Source of the DNA: Lama glama
Taxonomy: Eukaryota
Assembly (NCBI GenBank): GCA_028534125.1
Contig: CM052818.1
Location: 13,642,001 to 13,706,000 of the forward strand
DNA length: 64,000 bases
Direction of reading: 5' to 3'
In this document: in pieces, positions 58,700 through 64,000 of the stretch
How the letters are laid out: each line of letters begins with the position of its first letter
How positions within the stretch are numbered: the first letter of the stretch is position 1
Notes under the pieces: generated by a model
What the model saw: the letters and a program-made list of their open reading frames with translations, nothing else
What the model was told of the DNA's origin: nothing
Database searches by the model: none
Program-made: the position numbers and the translations under genes

Positions 58700-59128
58700 A
58701 AGATAACTATTCTTTTCATTAGATTGATCTATACCTGTTCACCCACAACTACACTAACTCACCCAGTAGTCTCCATATAGCAGCCACACATCTTTGTAAA
58801 ATGAAAATTTTGATCTTGTGAACTTCCCCACTTTAAAGCTTTTCAGTGACTTCCCACTGCCATTAGAAAATTTTTAAAACTCACATTCCCTACAGGCCTT
58901 GCAAATCTGTACCTCACGTATCTCCAATTCCACATGCTAACCCTCTCCCCTCATTCTGTATGTACACCAGCCATACAGATAGCTGTAAGACCCTGCCTAT
59001 AACACCTCACTGTTCCCTTCTAACACTTAGCTCTTCACTAGCCCAGTGAGAACAGGGACCCTGTCAATCTACTTGACTACTATATCCTTAGTACCTATCA
59101 CAATGCTTAGTGCAAACAATGAATGAAC
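58700..59128 (+). mobile_element. L2 LINE 3' fragment between the two gene ends
   Basis: TTTCAGTGACTTCCCACTGC...TGAGAACAGGGACCCTGTC...AGTACCTATCACAATGCTTAG...AATGAATGAA. Confidence 0.65.
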
Positions 59129-59321
59129 ACACTATCAATTAGCTTTCTATAGCTTCTCCAAGAGACATTATTCAGAAATTTGTACTGAACTGGTCAGCAA
59201 AAGTAACTGCCCTCCCCACCGCCAATTATCTATGTTTAATAAAATAGTAAAAACGAGCTTATATCTGCACTTACAAACACAAGTATTTGAAACTAACAGG
59301 CTTGGTTTAAGGATTAAATAA

Positions 59322-59327
59322 TTTATT
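59322..59327 (-). terminator. CFAP36: Likely CFAP36 polyadenylation signal (AATAAA)
   Basis: TTTATT on the + strand, about 45 nt past the CFAP36 stop codon. Confidence 0.6.
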
Positions 59328-59371
59328 TTTAAGAAATTTTGAACTTCGGTCTTGCTAAATTATTTTTAAAA

Positions 59372-59530
<159 letters not shown>

Positions 59531-59852
59531 CTAAAATTCCCAACATACTGCCTTAAACAAATGTTAGAGCACTCAGTAAACTTTTCAAAAAGAAACCACA
59601 CATGGACTATGATTCCTAGCTCTCTTCTTCGTAAAAATCTCTTCTTGGGAAGCCTCTTAGAGGTGGTGGCCAGGGTACTGATACTGCTCTATGATATAAT
59701 ATTTCAAAAGACTCAGATAAAAAAGACTGCTGACATTTAAGTGCTCAGAGCAGAGCAAGTAAAGAATCAAAACTGCTATCACTTCGACCTCACAAAATCC
59801 TCATCACAACCATCGCACTGCCTAGAAAAAGACTTAGCAGGTGCCACACTCA

Positions 59853-60128
<276 letters not shown>

Positions 60129-60254
60129 CTAGCTCAAAATAGAGAGGAAACTATTTAAATTCAAGTCTGCATAATAAGTGGCACAGATATCCATTGATTC
60201 AATTAGAAGTTTGAGTTCAAGACTGTAAGAAAGCCAAGTGTGTGTGGCTGCTTA

Positions 60255-60464
<210 letters not shown>

Positions 60465-62190
60465 TTAGATAGAGACCAGTTAGAATATTATAAGAAATAT
60501 TAAGTATTAACCTAGGTTCACCAAAATGAACTAGTGTTAATAATACTTGTTTTTCTCACATTCATTCACTCAACATGCATTGATTTGGTGCCTACATTGT
60601 GCCAGGCACTGAGTGAGAAATATGGTCTCTGTCCTCAGGGAGACTGAACTACAGTTACTTACCAATAATGACAAACACCAAGCTCCTGCTGTTTGGTACT
60701 ATAGCTACAAAAAGATATAATTCTTGTCTAAAGATTAGAACTACATTATAATGTAATACAAGGTTGCTATATAAGCCAAATACACAGTACACCTTTATGA
60801 TTCCTCCCAAATTAGGTCTTCATCAAGGGCTTCCATCATCACTTTGTATGAAGGGATTTCCTGAGATATCAGATACACTCTTTTTTTTAACAGAATAGTT
60901 TTTAAAAATTAAAATCATTACTATTGAAATTATCTGCCATTGGTTCTGTGCCACTAATGTATATCTCATTTATATATGGTTTAAGATTAAATTTTCTATA
61001 GTTTCACTTAATAGTTAACATAAAGAACTAGACTAAGTAAATATATTCAAGTTATGTCCAAGACAAGATTTAAACAGCATACATACTTAGATCTACATAA
61101 AACAGAAAGTTAAATATGGGTCAGAAAATGTAAAAAGGGCTCAGACAAATCTACAGCAGGTGCTTTCACCTCAAATGAGGTTATTCTAGTCAATAATGCA
61201 GAATATTAAAAAAGAAAATGATTAGGTTTGCTAGGAAGAAAAAAGTAAAGTAACTTTATAAACCTGCTTCTGTCTCATATGCCCCATTGTCTTAACTAAG
61301 AATACAGTTCTTAAAATAGTGGGTAAACATCAAACCCATCTATCTCAAGTGTTAAAGTTCTTCTGAAGTGTAGAACACATGATTTGGCATCAGAAGACCA
61401 AGGTAAGTCACAGTTTCACTACTGAAGAAAGATTTTGGGCAAGTCACTCAAGTTCCTTGAATTTGTTTTTAAAAAAATAAGATAAAAGAAAAAAAGGATC
61501 ATTATATCTACTTCACAGAGTTATGGGGGGTTTTTTAATTGAGAAAAAGACATTTATCTAAAAATCATAGACATCTATGATAAAAACGAACTAAATTCAA
61601 GATCATAATTCAAGTTCTGTTTCAGAATTACCTGTTTTCTTACAAAGGAAATCAGAGTTTGTACATTGAAAATGATTTGGCACATACTGAACAAGGTCAT
61701 CCACCAACATTTCCTATGAAGATGCTCATCAATTTTGGTTTCAATAATAGTTTCTGACTAAACTTCTTGATAAATCGGTTATTTCTTATTTTCTAGTTGT
61801 GCTTTAATTCACTAGGAAAATTAGTTAATATTATCTTTCCATGTTCAGCTTCTAACTCACAAACACTATACAATTGTGGTCAAGGAAGAGAATATCAAAT
61901 GTCATGTGAACATATCGTGGATGCTACATCCATGGCTAAAGGCTGGTGGCTCCCTTAAGGGATTTTCTTCACTGCTCTGGGTTTCAGGCTTCAGTTAGAA
62001 ATCTGGGGAGTTGACCCTCTCTGTCAGCTAGGTATCAACTACAGGCAGCCTCTTTAGCTAAATTTACAAAGAACTTTATATACCAATGGCCATTCAACAC
62101 CCTATCACAGGGTTTTTGAGGGTTAATTACATGTGAGAAAGTAAGACATTCTTTACAGTGTTTATGTATTTATATTATTCAGAAAGTTCA

Positions 62191-62319
<129 letters not shown>

Positions 62320-62737
62320 TCAATAATACAATTAAAAAATATTCTAGGTTAATTTTGAATAATTCACTACTTAAGGAATTCAAACACATTAGTTTAAAAA
62401 ATTTACTGTCTACTATATCGATAGTAAATCACAGATTCTATTTTTCCAAAGTTTTTAAGATGTTTCCAGCATTATTCATCTACTTTTTGAGGTTGGTAAA
62501 CATTCTCATTTTAAATCATGCAGTGCTATGAATAACTAGTTTGGTTAGAACTTTGAACTTAAGAAGCGGGTTCAAACCTAGGCTTCACTCTTACTACTCA
62601 CGTGACCTTAACCAAGAAACCAACACCTACTCTAAGAGAAATAAAACCACTGGTACTTTTTCACTGAAAATAATCTAAAAATAAAATTGTAATAATATCA
62701 CTACAAGATACGCCTGAAGCAGCCACAATTCAGTTTA

Positions 62738-62776
62738 CTGGTATATCTCATTTTATTGCGCTTCACAGATACTGCC

Positions 62777-62807
<31 letters not shown>

Positions 62808-64000
62808 TCAAGGTTTGTGACAGACATTGAGCAAGTCTACTGGCACCATTTTCCAACAGCATTTGCTCACTTTATGTCTCTGTATCACATTTTGGTAATT
62901 CTAGCAATATTTCAAACTTTCTCATTATTATATTATTTATCATCATCAGTGATCTTTGATGTACTACTGTAAATGTTTTGGGGCACCACGAATCACACCC
63001 ATATAAGACGGTAAACTTAATAATTAAAAGCTGTGTTTTAATGGCTCCACCAACTGGGAGTCAGTTGGTTGGTTGTCGGCACAAAAGTGCTACTCCAGTG
63101 AACGCACAAATGACAAGAAAGTGAAGCAACCTTATTGCTGATATGAAGAAAGTTTTGGTGGTTCGGATAGAAAATCAAATCAGCAACAATGTTCTCTCAA
63201 ACCAAAGCCTAATCCAGAGAAAGGCTCTAACTCTTCAATTCTATAAAAGCTGAGAGAGGTGAGGAAGCAACAGAAGAAAAGTTTAAAGAAAGCATAAGGT
63301 GGTTCATGAGGTTGAAGGAAAGATGTCATCTTCGTAACATAAAAGTACAGAATGAGGCAGTAAGGGCTTATGTAGAAGCTGTGGCAAGTTATGCAGAAGA
63401 TCTAGCTAAGATAATTAATGAATGTGGCAAAACTAAACAGCAGATTTTCAATGTAGTTGAAACAGCCTTCTCTTGGAAGAAGATACCATCTAGGACTTTC
63501 ATAGCTACAAAGGATAAGCCAGTACCCAGGTTCGAAGCTCCGAAGAACAGTCTGACTTCTTAGGGGCTAACGCAGCTACTGACTTAAAGCTGAAGCCCAT
63601 GCTCATTTACCATTCTGAAAATTATAGAGCCCTCAAGAATTATGCTAAATCTACTCTGCTCGTGCCTTACTAATGAAACAACAAAGCCTAGATGACCGAA
63701 CATCTATTTACAACATGGTTTACTGATTATTTTAAGCCTACGTGTTGAGACTTACTCCTCAGAAAAAAAAATAATTGCTTTCAAAATATTACTAGTCACT
63801 GATAATACACCTGTTCACCCAAGAACTCTGATGGAGATATACAAGATTAATGTCATTTTTATGTCTGCTAACGTAAGATCCATTCTGCAGACCATGGGTC
63901 AAGGAGTAATTTCAACTTTCAAGTTTTATTCTTTCAGAAATACATTTTGTAAGGCTATTGCTGCCACAGATAGTGATTCCTCTAACAGATCTGAACAAAG
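62738..64000 (+). mobile_element. Tigger1 DNA transposon (degenerate, internally deleted, runs off the window) in a CFAP36 intron
   Basis: TA followed by TIR-like CTGGTATATCTCATTTTATTGCGCTTC; transposase remnants (GWFMRLKER...[23 protein letters not shown]) with stops and frameshifts. Confidence 0.92.

Noticed and set aside
63306..63563. 85-aa transposase-like ORF as a domesticated TIGD-type gene
   Set aside because: The N-terminus is deleted, stops and frameshifts follow, and the first catalytic Asp motif is altered (FNVVET). It is a Tigger1 fossil.

Overview
Mammalian genomic DNA, probably camelid judging by the lineage-type tRNA-derived SINEs. It contains the complete PPP4R3B (SMEK2; PP4 regulatory subunit 3B) gene on the + strand: a CpG-island promoter, 16 coding exons from 8857 to 55753 that join in frame to 820 aa plus stop, and a 3' UTR to about 57325. 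Downstream and convergent are the last four coding exons of CFAP36 (CCDC104) on the - strand. The rest is intron or intergenic DNA with old transposon relics (LTR16/ERVL, MER21, MLT1, MER20, Charlie, Tigger1/2, L1, L2, MIR). I found no evidence of a new multi-gene system. The most interesting signals are regulatory or mutational: two strong-Kozak uORFs, a GC-AG intron whose read-through hits an early stop, an in-frame alternative acceptor, a dead remnant of an exon I recall from human PPP4R3B, a separate upstream ZNF143/THAP11-motif module, and a 72-bp templated duplication. Gene and repeat family names come from recalled sequences, not from database searches.
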